Source of the DNA: Podarcis bocagei
Taxonomy: Eukaryota
Direction: 5' to 3' (one strand)
Assembly: GCA_964188305.1 (NCBI GenBank)
Contig: OZ076887.1
DNA: 64,000 bases
Position numbers and translations under genes: made by a program. Below, piece by piece: positions 26,532 to 39,877 of the stretch (position 1 is its first letter; each line of letters begins with the position of its first letter). The notes beneath the pieces were generated by a model that was given only the letters and a program-made list of their open reading frames with translations, did no database searches and was not told where the DNA came from.

Positions 26532-26783
26532 AGAAGAAGAAGAAGAGTTTGGATTTGATATCCCGCCTTTCACTCCCCTTCAGGAGTCTCAAAGCGGCTA
26601 ACAATCTCCTTTCCCTTCCTCCCCCACAACAAACACTCTGTGAGGTGAGTGGGGCTGAGAGACTTCAAAGAAGTGTGACTGGCCCAAGGTCACCCAGCAG
26701 ATGCATGTGGAGGAGCGGAGACGCGAACCCGGTTACCCAGATTACGTGACTACCGCTCTTAACCACTTCACCACACTGGCTCT
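26532..26783 (-). mobile_element. Full-length tRNA-derived squamate SINE (Squam3-like)
   Basis: A box TGGTGAAGTGG and B box GGTTCGCGTC on -, (TTC)n tail, TSD CTAGCAGA. Confidence 0.85.
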
Positions 26784-28056
26784 CTAGCAGACTGCAGGGT
26801 TACAACCTCTAAATCCCAACCAATGCAAAAGACCTCACTCTTCCATATTATCAATCCAACTCATCCAAATCTCTTGTCCACCTCCAACTGATCCTCCATT
26901 ACAGGTAGGATCTCAGAGCCACCCTGTTCCCTGGGAGAAAAAAATAGTCACGAGGGATTCAGCACTTCTTAGCTCGGATTACTGTGATATGTAAGACCTG
27001 ATTCTTCATGTGGGTACCTATGGGGAGTTCTTCCCAAAGATCACACTAGAATAAAATGCCGGATTTCATCCTTGGAAAGAAGCTATGGTAATCACTACTT
27101 GTTTTACAGCCAAATCATGTAACTGAGTTTAATTTTTCATGTACCTTACTGAGACACAGCTTAAGCAAAGGGAGAAAGGCATGTTACTTTTGGGAACCAA
27201 ACAAGAAGAAAGCATATAAAGTTAATAAATAAAAAATACCCAAAGTAATTAGTGGCTGAAGATTTTCTTTCTTTCTTTTTTTACTCACAAGATTTTATGC
27301 TGCATCAACTGTATTTTCTGATGGTCCTTTTTTTGGGGGGGGGGATATACTCCACTGTATATGGCAGCTCCTGAATAAGTCTGGGGAGATTTCCCTTTGA
27401 GCCAATAAAACCTGGGAGATTGTTTTGGGAAACTCCTTCTGTCACCATTATGATATTTTGGGGCGCTTACCATTTCCCCCTTTCTTCTTTCTCCGAGCCC
27501 ATTTAGGTAATTAACTTCTACTGCTGTTGTGCCAAATGATCCCTAATCTCAGGTGTCACTCTGCTGTGGTCAGGAGTAAGCAACCTGCCCCAGTCCCCCA
27601 ACTCCCATTTGGAAGTGGAACATTTCTCTCCCCATTTTCCAGACGGCACAATGCTTGTACATTGCCCCTTGCAGCTCCAGTGCTTCCTGTCTCATTCATT
27701 TAATGGTGCTGAGGCAAAGCCACACCCACCCTCCTGAAGAAAGCAGGAGAACAAACCCCCTTCACTATATCTTCTAGGAAATCAAGAACATTGTATCATG
27801 AAAAAGGGAGTGGCTTTAGAATTGGGAGCAAAGTGGGCTAAACAAAGGCAAAAGTTAAGATTATATAATGTATTAGCATGGATGGCATGAGAAGGAAAAT
27901 TTAGCTTATTGTACTCATGTCAGAGTAGGTGAAACTTTAAATCACAAATGGGATTTTTTTACACTGCATAATGTTGAGTAATCTCATTCTAAAAATCTAT
28001 ATAATCTTCCTTTACTATTAGGTTTCACAGGGAATAGATTCTAAGAAAGGATGATA

Positions 28057-28290
28057 CAGCAGAACCTCGGTTTTCGAACATTATCCGTTCCAGAAGAACG
28101 TCCAACATCCGAAACGTTCGATAACCAAAACCTGAACCCTCAGTACAATAGAGAAACTCAAAACGGAAGCCGCGAAGCATGTTCAGCTTCCGAAAATTGT
28201 TCGAAAACCGGAGCAGTTACTTCCAGGTTTTCGGCGTTCGGAAGCCGAAACGTATGACAACGGAGGCATTCAACAACCGAGGTTCCACTG
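28057..28290. mobile_element. Tigger-like MITE
   Basis: CAG..GAACCTCGGTT TIRs, TA TSD. Confidence 0.82.
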
Positions 28291-28857
28291 TACTAACTTC
28301 TAAGAAGCAAGAAGAATGAAGGACTGCACATGAAACAAAACATAAATAGGCAGTCTTTACCTGGGATGCAGTCTGCATGGTGCCCAATTTGCAGTGATGG
28401 TTTTTATGGAAATGCAATTTCCCTATTCAATTTCTAATTGAATGTCCTTTTTTGTTTTTGGCAAAAGCTTTAAAAAGTGCAAGGTCCTGGATCATCTTAC
28501 AGTGGAATGCAGCATGGAAATTTAAAGGATATTCCATATATGAATAACAGCAAATTCTTAACAGCAATTCCAGTGTGTAAACCACAGGAAGAATGCCCAA
28601 AGGCATTTGCACTACCAATTAATGCAGTCTATTATCTGGTTCCCTTAAAAGTAATCTCATTAATGAGGCAGCAGCAGGCAAAAAAGGCAATTCCCAAAAC
28701 AAGGAAACCAGTTAAGCATTTCCAGAGAGGCATCGTAGCTGACCAACAATGAATTAGCTTAGGGTGAAAGGGTAGGGGAGGACAAACCACTGCAAGCTGA
28801 AATGATGATGTATTAAAAGAATACTAGGAACTCCGTAACACATTCCACTGTTTATAC

Positions 28858-28875
28858 CTGATTTCCCAGGAAGAA
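28858..28875 (-). CDS. DST: DST 18-nt cassette microexon in the GAR domain (FFLGNQ)
   Basis: Pyrimidine tract + cag|TTCTTCCTGGGAAATCAG|gtataa; matches the FFLGNQ insert recalled from spectraplakin isoforms. Confidence 0.88.
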
Positions 28876-30030
28876 CTGACAAGAGATGGAAAATGGGAGA
28901 AAGACATAATTAGTGTAACAGGAAATCCTCTAGAACACACTCTAACAGCACATACACATTCTACATCTTCCAATTTAGTATGTAGCTTAGAGATGTGCCG
29001 ATAACATCAACTGTCTGGGCTGTTAATGCTGTCAGACCTGACTCCTATGACACCTATCTATTGCTTGCTGCATAATCTGATTTCCTTCCACCAAATTCTC
29101 AATGGAAAATGATATTGCTGAATTGAAAAGAAAGAAGGGGACGACAATTTGGTAGATCCCCCTTGATATCTACTTGCTGTTTTTTCTGGCACATTTTCTA
29201 TCTAGAAAAAGGAAAGCATGCTTCAATGAAATCAAAATCAAACAAAAAGAAAAGACAGGGTGGTGATGACAGAGTACAACTTTATTCAAATATGTTTGGA
29301 AGGCTAATACACTCCCAACTGTTTGCTCTGTTGGAAAAATAATAATAATTCTAATTCAGAAGTTAATGAATGTTCCACTATAAAACCTTGAAACCTGTAG
29401 GTATAACTCGGCGCACGCATGGAATATTTGTAACAGGCATTAAGCTCTATTACTTGGAAGTTTCATCAAAACCCAGGCTCCTTTGGAAAGTTATTTACAA
29501 TTCCAATGCAAGAAAAGATTTATTGTGACTTCGGTGGTATAATAGTAGCTTTTCTTCTTCTTCAATCACAAGCTAAAAGATCAGATGGGGTGATTAAAGA
29601 ACAGCTGTGGTACATGAGGTGGGGTCCTGCCACTGCGGCACTCTGTTGGCTGCAGTGGTGCTGCCACTTGCTGGGGATGCAATGGGGAGCCAGAGAAGAG
29701 ATGAGGGCAGGAGACCACTGGGTTGACAGCAGTGGTGGCCACAGAGGCACATGCATCTGCACCTACCACAACTACTCGGCTGCCACCTCACCCCAGAGAA
29801 CGATAGCCCCTGCAGCCAAGAGGGTGGCACAACAGCAGCATCTCACTTCATGCACTGTGGCTGGTGAAAAATGCAATAGGGTCCAAAATGATGATGATGA
29901 TGATGATGTTGTTTTTAAAAAAGAGAAAATACATCAAATTCACACTGTATTATTAATTTAGTTAAATTACTCCTTTGCAGAATAGGGGAGTCTAAATCCA
30001 ACAGATAACATGACTGTTTTCTATACTTAC

Positions 30031-30105
30031 TCTGTACTTGTTATCACCAATCTGCTCCACTTGGAATCGCTTTGCGCATTTACATTTTGCTACCTGCCTT
30101 GTCAC
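30031..30105 (-). CDS. DST: DST exon, GAR domain N-part ([25 protein letters not shown]), 75 nt
   Basis: cag/gtaagt; CxC zinc ligands of GAR. Confidence 0.95.
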
Positions 30106-30190
30106 CTGTCAAAACGACAATCAGAAGCAAATTATATTAATTGCCATTTATGGTAAGTTGTGGAATCAGGTCAAGAAAACAATGGGACTA

Positions 30191-30431
30191 CAGTGGTACC
30201 TCGGTTTACGAACTTAATCCGTTGCTGAAGTCTGTTCTTAAACCAAATCCGTTCTTAAACTGAGGTGCGCTTTCCCTAATGAGGCCTCCCGCTGCCAGTG
30301 CCCTTCCACTGTTTGGCTTCCATTTATAGACTGAGGTAAAGTTCACAAACTGGAACACTACTTCTGGTTTTGCAGAGGTCGTAAACTGAATAGTTCATAA
30401 ACAGGGCTGTTCGTAAACCGAGGTACCACTG
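30191..30431. mobile_element. Tigger-like MITE in a short DST intron
   Basis: Perfect TIR CAGTGGTACCTCGGTTTACGAAC, TA TSD. Confidence 0.9.
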
Positions 30432-30518
30432 TATAAGTTCAACATGCAATTCCAGAGAAAGATACTTTAAGAAAGAGGCTGAGGGGCGGGGAGGGGGAGG
30501 GGGGAGGGAGAAGAGCAC

Positions 30519-30673
30519 CTCATCTTCAATTTTGTCGGCATCTGTCAGAGGCTTGTATGCATCTTTGTTCGGATGAAGTGCTGCTACAAACTCGTAGTAG
30601 TCAATATAGCCATCACCATCTCTGTCAAAGATATCCGCTACTGCACTCATTTCCAATCGACTAGTAGGAAATT
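30519..30673 (-). CDS. DST: DST exon, EF-hand 2 (FPTSRLEM...[13 protein letters not shown]...IEDE), 155 nt
   Basis: cag/gtgctc; EF-hand loop. Confidence 0.95.
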
Positions 30674-30812
30674 CTGCAGATGAAAAGAACAGTTCAAGTT
30701 AAAATGAACAACTCTTACCAATAACCTTTCGGGAAACTGACTTACTAGCATTCCAAAACTCTGAGGAATTAAATTTAATATGCAAATGATCGAACTCTGC
30801 TTCAAAACTTAC

Positions 30813-30975
30813 TTGAAGACAGAATCCCATCAATAAATTCCTGTCTGGTTATCTTTCCATCCTGATCTTTATCGATCCTCCTAAAGAAGTCCATGACTCG
30901 AGATTTCTTATGGTTCATCCAACGCATATACTTCTTCCGCCAAATATCAAAATCAAAGTTGGCAAATTCTTTCAG
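30813..30975 (-). CDS. DST: DST exon, EF-hand 1 ([12 protein letters not shown]...[13 protein letters not shown]), 163 nt
   Basis: aag/gtaagt; DxDxDG calcium-binding loop. Confidence 0.95.
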
Positions 30976-31633
30976 CTTGAGACAAAAGGAAAAATGGGAA
31001 AAAAGAGGTGAACTGTCTTGTGAGAAATACATATAATCGTGATGCTAAAGTTCAGAGCAGATGTTAATGTGCAAACTGTAAGTCAACCATAGGAGCCTTT
31101 CCCTTGCCCTCCCCAAAACCCCGTTCCCTTTTTTTGAAACTAAAGTATGAAGGGGGCTTACAAATCCTTAAATCATCACTATGATCACCATTCAAGTAAC
31201 TCTAAACCATGGCAAACTCTGACAAGGAAAGTGGTGAATTTGTTCTGAAGGGAGTACAGGGAAAGCGGAAGGAGCATACATCCCAATATTATGTCTACAC
31301 AACACCAATGGCACTCCATGCTGATGTCTGCTTATGTGATATATCTCCATCACAAAAAAGCAAGGGAGAAATTAACATAATTAATGTAAATTGCTTTAAA
31401 TATAATTAATGTACATCACTTTGAATTACCTTTGCAATAAAAGTGAATAATAATAATGATGCACGAGCAGGGCTTTCACATAATTGGGTGTTGGCACGCA
31501 CTGACCAGCGCATAAGCTACTTCTGCCTGTCAAAGGAAGGGTACCTGCCTGGTCCTCCACCACACAAAGAGGAGTGGCCAATAAGACATGAACCAAGGCT
31601 TAGTTATAGCAAACACATCTGCTGTTTACTGAC

Positions 31634-31797
31634 CTCCTCTAATCGGTCTAAAGCATCATTAAGTTTCCTTCTTCTTTCCAGAGCCAGAAGCCAGACTTGC
31701 TGCCATTTGCTGACCAAGAGGTTCACCCGTGGATTCTTGGTTTCAATCTGAGCCTGTGCACCTGAGGGGTACATGCTTGGTGTTGGGGAACGCTTTC
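31634..31797 (-). CDS. DST: DST exon (KRSPTPSMY...[24 protein letters not shown]), 164 nt
   Basis: cag/gtcagt, phase 1/0. Confidence 0.93.
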
Positions 31798-32108
31798 CTG
31801 TTAAAATACAGAAAAATGTACTCTACTTCTGCTTCTCAAGGCAATGTAAACAAAAGGTAACATAGCATACATGCTTGTTTCTATAGGAAGAAGGGAGAGG
31901 CCTAACATGCCTGTGATTCCAGGCGGCATCTAACAGAAAGGTAGGTTTGGCTTTAGGGCCACAGGTCCTGACCCTGTAGACAATCCTGTTCACTTCATAA
32001 ATCAGAAATAGTAAGTTAAATTCTGAAAGCTTTTAAATAATCAGTTAATGACTAAAGGCAATGATATATGTGATACCACATATATATATATGTGAGATCA
32101 TTACTTAC

Positions 32109-32238
32109 TTCCTCCTCTTCCTTTATCCAGTACAGGAATATGAGAATGAATTGGACCAGATTCAGCTGCTTTCCTTTTATGCGTCTTAGTAACCTTATCC
32201 ACATCAGGCTGTTTTCTAGTCATTTCCTCCATGAATGT
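32109..32238 (-). CDS. DST: DST exon ([16 protein letters not shown]...DKGRGG), 130 nt
   Basis: cag/gtaagt, phase 0/1. Confidence 0.93.
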
Positions 32239-33121
32239 CTGCAATTAAAGGGTGGTTGCTTTGGCTAACAATGCACAACAATAATTTGCAACATACCCTG
32301 TTTGGGGGTACAAAGGTTCTGATCCAGATGTCTGTGGGATCTCCCATGTATGCACAGAACTCCTACTTCACATGCTGATTTCTCTCATATCTAGATTAGC
32401 ATCTACATTGGATACAGCATCTCCTTGCTAACACCTGAATGCCTACACAACTACCTTGTCTGCCATGAGCACATGGATGAGAACAACAATATGGGCTGTG
32501 GCTTCTTGAGCTACATGCTCAGATTAAAAGAAAGCACTTCCACCAACATCCAAGTGTTCCAAAGTGCATGTTTCCTCCACAATAAGGATATTGATCTCAT
32601 GTCCCAAATAGTAACGACAAAGTTCTCCTAACTGGCTTACCGACAAGGAAAATACTCGACTTTGACTTTATGAAGGAACTATGTGGTCCCAGAACAATTC
32701 TAAGGCATATTGTAGAATGTAAAGTTGAACACAAGCAATACAGTGTTATCTTACAGTCCAGCTTATTTATTGTTTTCAATTTCTTTTTCTTTGCTGTCCT
32801 GTCTCTTTATTCTAAAGGAGAAATCAATTGCACGGTGAATTGGTGCACTGGTTTACTGTGTACAAGAACAGAGCAGTTTCCCTTAATATTGCCTTTCTTC
32901 ACCTTTTACCAGGACAATGCTGTACAATACAATGAAACAACATAAATAAAAACAGAAGGTTACGTGAACCAGAACCCTTGTTTGATCATGTGGCCAAAGC
33001 ATGTTTTTTTAATTGCTTATTTTAAAACTTCTGTTTCACCTGAACTTCCAAAATATGCATATGCACATAAGTACATTGAAGCTGACTAGTTTGATCATAA
33101 TCATAGCAATGGCCCTCTTAC

Positions 33122-33310
33122 CTGATGCTCAGCTATGAGTGCCTTAACATCATCAATCTCCTGAGGAATGACTTCCTTATCTTTTTCACTAAGTGTTGTC
33201 TCTGCCCACTGCAACCAGGTCAACAATGCTTCCAACAGCTCTTGATTAGCGATAAGTGCAGCCAGGGCCCCTGCCAATCTCTGTTGATGTTGCTTTGCCC
33301 ATGCTAACAC
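33122..33310 (-). CDS. DST: DST exon ([12 protein letters not shown]...IAEHQ), 189 nt
   Basis: aag/gtaaga. Confidence 0.94.
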
Positions 33311-33971
33311 CTTGAAAAGAAAAGTATGCATGATATTCACATTCACACAACCCAGGGCTTTGGGTGCTCCATTACTTTCACATGAACAAATTTGACAGAA
33401 TTATCAAAGGACTGCTGAGCAACCACATTGGTGAGCTCTGTGAGTAGAAGCTGGAACTCTTTGCACCCCATGAAGAGAAGTACAAAAAGAAAAGTCACTG
33501 CCTTTTTACTGTGATCCAAAGGTTTCTAGAAGCACAGAAGTGTTGGAAAGCACTGCTGTGTTTAATGATTGGGTATTTAGTGTTGTAACATTTTGAGAAT
33601 TATCACACAATACTCCTTAATCCTTGACAAATGGCCATAGTGGTTGGTGCTGATGGGAGTTGGAGTCCAACAATGTCTGTAGAACCACAGGTTCCCTATC
33701 CCTTTTTCAAGGCTTAACTTCTAATTCATTGTGATTATCTCTGAACATGAACTGATCTGGGGAGTGTTTTACTTCTTCCTCAAGAGACATTTGCAAAGGA
33801 AGAGCCAAAACCAGCCTATTACACATGACAGCATGAGTATGTTAAACATTTTGCTCTCGACAGCTGGATTGTTTCCTCACAATATAAGTGCCTTGCTAAT
33901 TGTCAGTTGTGTTCCAAGCTATCAAAGACTGATTATTATTACCAGAGAGAACTTGCTAGAGATGGACTGAC

Positions 33972-34115
33972 CTCTTCAAACCTTGCTCTGATGATTGTTA
34001 TCCAGTGCTTAATGGTAGTGATGGAGTCTGGGTGGCAGATAGCCAGGATGGCTTCTCCCATACCTGTGGCTTTCGTTAGCTCAGCCTTTTTTTCTTCCAG
34101 TTTTCTCATGAATTC
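33972..34115 (-). CDS. DST: DST exon ([13 protein letters not shown]...IRARFEE), 144 nt
   Basis: tag/gtcagt; read by hand. Confidence 0.93.
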
Positions 34116-36055
34116 CTAAGGCAAAAACAGTGATTTCAATTAGGTGCTGGCAGTGGTTCAAAGGTAAAATCCAAGTGATTTCAGACTTTGCTGGTTTAGC
34201 CAAAAAGAGCAGATGCCTACACTGAATCACTTGGCATCTGAATTGATCCAGTGGCAGGGAAGGAAGAAGAGAAGCAAAGCATGAGGAAAGTGATTCACTT
34301 ATTAAGAATATTTTAAGATCCACTGTAGACTAAGGGCTAATTGAAGAGACAAAATGCATGCTGGAGTCTGCAATTCAATACTGCAATATTTATGCACACA
34401 CACAACTTTGTGAGACAGTACTACTTAGATATCATAGCAAGTTAATTACTTTTGGACATGTTTCAGGAAACCCAGTGGATTGATTATTTAATCAAACCAC
34501 ACACTCTACTAAGAGCACCTCTGCTCAGTTATATAACTGGGCCAGCATATATTTATGCAGACTTCTAGGGACCATTCACTGAATTCTTGGACTACAGGAT
34601 GCTAACATGTCGACTGCAGAAGTAACTGACCTACTGAGCTATCTAAACCTCCTTTAGGCCAGACTGTGCGTTGGATCAGGCAAAAGTGTCCCTTCACTCA
34701 ACTCTCCTGGCTGAGACAGCCTCCTGCTGCCTGCTGATTCATCCAGGGACGGGGGGGGGGGGTCCTGATGGAGGGAGTGGGCAGGGCTGTGCTGACTTGA
34801 GATTCACTGGATCCCAAGCCAGTTTCACTACTATTGTGTGACAGCATCCGGTCTGGACTGGACCCGAACATCCTTTACCCTCCACGCATCTTCCATTATT
34901 GTCACCCTGAGTAGCAGGACTTACGGATATGGCAGTGGCCTTGCTGCTCCACAAAGCTCCACATGTGGGAGGATGGCGCCCTGAACCAGGAAGAAATCAG
35001 GACCTATCTATCTGGGTTACGAACTAATGCCAACTTCCCTGTGGCACTTGTTTCCTGCTTCCTGTGGATAAGGAATAGGGGATGCAAGCGTCTGAGGCCC
35101 ACTTTCACTGGGGTTCAGATAACAAAAGAACAGTCCTCTTCTTGAGAATTTTGTTTGAAATGCTCGTCTCAAAGATACCTGAGAATTCAGATCTCCCACA
35201 AATGCCCTTCTATTTGTAAAGTGACAAAACACAATACAGCCTTTACTGTGATGGTCCCCACCCCCAAAATTCCTCCACTGCGATAAGCAAAGTTATTATT
35301 TTCCCCTTTTAATCAGGTTTTGAGCCCTCCTGGATATTTTGGCTGCTATGTTCTCTGCTGTTGTTTTAGACTATCTTCTATATTTTATGGGGTTTTTTAC
35401 TGTGCACATTGTAAGTTATAGGCCCTAAGTCATCCTATGCTGATATGGAAAATGAGAAAGTGAATTAAGGATATATAACATTTTTCAAGAGAAAAGATTT
35501 ATGAGACTTTTGAGTGGTGTAGGAGGTGGACTAGGGTAGAGAGAGCAAGAGCATAAATGTATTTCCCTTCATACCTAGTTTAATGCATTGACCCACTGTG
35601 CCTATCGGCCCCAAAGCCCACAAGGAGAGGTAAATTCTGAATTATCTAGGAGACCTAACCTCTATTAAACCAAGTGCAATTTTTTTTAAAGGGTAATTGG
35701 TTGTGAAACTGAGCTTTTCAATACAAAATAAAGGGCTGAAATGCCTTCCTTGATAGAGCGGCAGTCAAGTAACCCCACCAGAGTAGGGTAAGAATTTGAA
35801 ATGTTGCTACACGAAAAGATTCCTATTAGACATTTCCTTCACAAAAACAAAGGGGAAAGCAGCAGAACTAAAGTATATGATATATTTAGCTTTAGATAAA
35901 AGTATGTTTGAAGATACTCCAAACTTCACATTGTGTTAAAATGCGTCTTCACTCAGAACTTCTACAGCTTGTAAATTTTTAAAGTGTGGTTTACATTTTA
36001 GCTGCCGTTATTGTACGTTGTTATCCTGTGTTTACGTATTGCTTGCTTTGCCTAG

Positions 36056-36198
36056 NNNNNNNNNNNNNNNNNNNNNNNNNNNNNNNNNNNNNNNNNNNNN
36101 NNNNNNNNNNNNNNNNNNNNNNNNNNNNNNNNNNNNNNNNNNNNNNNNNNNNNNNNNNNNNNNNNNNNNNNNNNNNNNNNNNNNNNNNNNNNNNNNNN
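36056..36198. other. Assembly gap (143 N) in a DST intron
   Basis: N run; flanking exons join in frame (DQHR|EFMRK), so no constitutive exon appears to be missing. Confidence 0.98.
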
Positions 36199-36409
36199 GA
36201 AAATCCAAAGAGAACCATCTGGAGCCTGTTCAGAGGGAATGACAGTAAACAAGATATTCTCTTCTTCATTACCAATATAGCGTCTGGCAGCCTTTCAATG
36301 ATCTCATTGTATGGTAACAGATACATAAAGACTAGCCGGGGGGGGGGGGAATGGTGGAGCTGGAGGAGTAGCTGCACAAATGGCCTGACTCACAGCGTAG
36401 ACCATTACC

Positions 36410-36445
36410 AAAAGAAAAGAAAAGAAAAGAAAAGAAAAGAAAAGA
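36410..36445. repeat. (AAAAG)n microsatellite
   Basis: Direct reading. Confidence 0.9.
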
Positions 36446-37378
36446 GAGAAAAAGGTGGGGGGGGAGAAAGTGGGTTGGGAGTGGGGAATGACAATCCAAC
36501 TGAAAGCGATAAAACTATGGGAAGAACTACATGTTACAAGAGACAAAAGCAGCAGCTACACATCTCCTCAAAAATACATAGCAAAACAGACCACATGATG
36601 TGATGATGTGGTTGCATTGCGAATTTTCCCACTCCACTTCATTTACCATAATCACAATCTCCCTTAGCATGCAGATCTGTCCTAGACTAGTGTAAACAAG
36701 TAATGATCTGCACCTTCTGCATGTCTTGCTCTTATCCACTATAAATGAACTGCCAGTGGTGTGCTAGCCTGGTGGGTCATAAATTTTGCAGGCCTTGTTC
36801 AACAGAGGGGTATAATGGCTTCATTCTTACCACCTGACTTCTATGACGAGCACTATAAATATTTAGCCAATTACCCACTTTCTTATGCCTTTGTCCTGAA
36901 GTGTTTCCTGCTAGCATTTCTTTTTTCCTGGAAGAGAAGGCTCAACCCACTGGGAAAGTGGCCTACAAAGTATGTATGTAAAGACTGGGAGTAATAGGAA
37001 GAGAATGAATTTGCTACTAGAATTCTGCTGAATCTGACTTCTTGGATAGAGAGGATTGATGGCCTGGGACATGGTCTATGCCAGTCTTCAAGGGGTATGA
37101 GAGGTTCTACTGCAGTTTAATAACTGTGTTGCTATGAATATCAAGAATTTTATTATGGTTTGGGAAGGAAACATTTAAAGTAAGTATACTGATTTTAAGG
37201 TGCTTTAGCTGATTGAGTTATCAATCACCCATCAAAAGTTTTCCACGAGCCCTTATTTCTAGGAAAGAAACTAATTTTCATTGCCAGATACAAATAAGTC
37301 ATAAATAGTTTTATTTTATTCCGACCTTTTCATAAATCTAGTCTCAAGAGCCAGCACTGTCTCAATTATCTCACTCAC

Positions 37379-37507
37379 CCGATGCTGATCTATTAGAGTA
37401 CGCAGAGACTCTTCATCATCTGGGAGATTGCCATGGAAACGAAGGGCCTGTTCAGCCTCAGCCAGCCATTCCAGAAGAACGTGCACAACTGAGTGGAATT
37501 CTTCCGC
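37379..37507 (-). CDS. DST: DST exon ([15 protein letters not shown]...IDQHR), 129 nt
   Basis: cag/gtgagt. Confidence 0.94.
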
Positions 37508-37980
37508 CTGTATAAATGAAAGTGGAAAAGAAAGTGGGGGGGGGGGGAGAGAATGCTGTAAAAGGGATCTGGACTGAAAGAGTACAATGTTGGATTCCTC
37601 CCATGAGCAATGAACCTGTGCCCAGATTGGTGGAATCATTTATCATTCAGCAATGGAGGTACATTAACTTTCCATTAAGGAATCTGACATACAGCACTCT
37701 GATATCATGGCTGTAAAAATGTCACATGCTTTTAAAAAAGGATTTAATAAAGCCCATAGGCCTGTTTGTGCATGCTTTTAAATATATGATTGATAGCATA
37801 TGTGAAAGTGGAATTCAGAGCAACCTGCCTTCACACTAACAAATTATCAGGTGGAGTCATGCTAGTGAATAATGTTAATTACTTTGTGGAGTGGGGGGAG
37901 CTAACCGAGGCTGTATATAGAAGAGCTGAAAGCAGTATCACTTTAGAGTTGTCACTGCCAGTTACAGCCTTTGCATGTTC

Positions 37981-37982
<2 letters not shown>

Positions 37983-38030
<48 letters not shown>
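37983..38030. repeat. (TG)n microsatellite
   Basis: Direct reading. Confidence 0.97.
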
Positions 38031-38032
<2 letters not shown>

Positions 38033-38712
38033 TTGCAATGGTCTTTGGTCAAAATGGTTTTTCAGATTTTGGTAGTGCTTTAAGAAGTGTCAGAAAAAGG
38101 CTGAGCCTCCAGCTTCAAGTGGCGCAACATGAGTTAGTGAGGTATCTATGTGTGCACTTACTGCAGATACCTAATGGACAATGCCCATAACCACCACATT
38201 ACTCTCCCTCAGGAGTGTCTGGAGGAGTTTGGGAATTGTTTTGAAATTATTTTCCCGATATTTTTTAGTATATGAAAGCAGCAAGGCTTCTGCACATGTA
38301 ACTCTCTACAAAGAAAAACCAGAATGAAGTAAAAAAAAAAGTAGCACCGGCCTATCTTTCTCCTCATGATTCAAGAACTTTTTAAAAGGTTTCCTGTAGG
38401 GCAGGCTATTTGCAATTCAGTCTAGTCAAGAGCACCACTCCACTGACATGGCCTGGTGAAATAGCTGCAATTAGCAATCAGGACTCCTGTTTCAACTTTA
38501 ATGTCTTTTGCATAAGCTGCTTTGTGCTTATCTATCCATTGCTTCACCGTGGACTCCTTAACTTATGCAGAACCTGGTGGCACAGGCATGGCACAGACAA
38601 GGCCCTCCTTGTCTCGTCGCTTCCTATGCGGCAATGATACCCAGTGAATGCATTCCCAACCCATGCATAGGCTGCATCTGATTGAAATAAGTGTAATTGG
38701 TTCATTCTTCAC

Positions 38713-38907
38713 CTGGTGGAGGGCTTGTTCCAGTCGTGTTTGCTTGGAGACGGACAATGCACACACCGTCTCCCACCGAGTGCCCAGCTCCTGCATCTGG
38801 ACCTTAACCCAGGAGGAATCATCACGACTACCTTCTATCAGTTCACGAGCAGAGCGTTTCAGTGCCTGGACGCTGCCTGTCCTTTTTCCCAGTTCCTTCT
38901 GGAAGGC
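38713..38907 (-). CDS. DST: DST exon ([13 protein letters not shown]...EQALHQ), 195 nt
   Basis: tag/gtgaag. Confidence 0.93.
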
Positions 38908-39877
38908 CTAAGAAAAGGAAATAAATGGTTCCTTCTATTATCTCCCCAAATAATAGAATAACACAGCTATCACAACTATGGAGAAAGTTCATTTTTATAG
39001 ACTTAATTTTAAAAGAAATTAAACTTAACTGAACATTATTTTGTTTTCTAATGTGAGTCCCGTAAATATTTTCATCCCCCTGTCTGGCTTTGTTTTATTC
39101 AATCCTTGCTACTCTACCATATTTGAATTTCCCCCTCACTTCTTACAAATCAGTAGTCCTACATATATTCTGAAAGAAACCGTTAGGTCAACAATATCTT
39201 CCTTATGCAATGTGGGATCACGTGAACACTGCCAATTAAAAAAGAAGACAACATACTGAAACCCCCTGAAACTTTCACTAGGAATCTCGAGGCACACAAG
39301 GAACTGAAAACTAGTGCAAGCTTTGATAACGTGGGGCTCCTTCACTCTCCCTGCCTCTCTTATACTCCTACACTCTGATCCAGGGCTCCACATCTTCTGC
39401 AATATTTTGCTGAGACAGTTTCTTTTTGTCTCAGTTCTATATGTGCAAAAGCATGTGCCCACAAATCTCTTGCTTCCTTTAAAAGACAACGGGCAGCCCT
39501 TGCAGATGGTGCATCTCTTATAAATGGATTGGACTAAAAAGCTAAGGCTGCTAATGCTATTACCCACTGCTTCTGAGAAACTTTCAAGAGCGTTTTTAGT
39601 TCTAATAATCCGAATTAAAATCTGCATGAAGAAAAATGTAGCAGATCAACTTTAGCACTGAAGGCAAGTTTCAGATAAATCTTGTTCGTTGCAGTCAGCA
39701 AGCTCTTTTCCCTCTCCAGCCAGTTTTTATACCACAGGCCAAGGTTTTTAACCTATTGAACGGGCTCATCAATCTTTCTTAAAAGTTACAAACTGACCCA
39801 ACAGGCATTTACTCAAAATGCTTTGAACAGCTTGATTCAAAATAATATGAAAATGACTGTAATTTTGTGGCCATTAC

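Noticed and set aside
26700-26783. tRNA gene
   Set aside because: The A/B boxes belong to a SINE head with body, tail and TSD.
35986-36603. ORFs spanning the N run
   Set aside because: Artefacts of the assembly gap.
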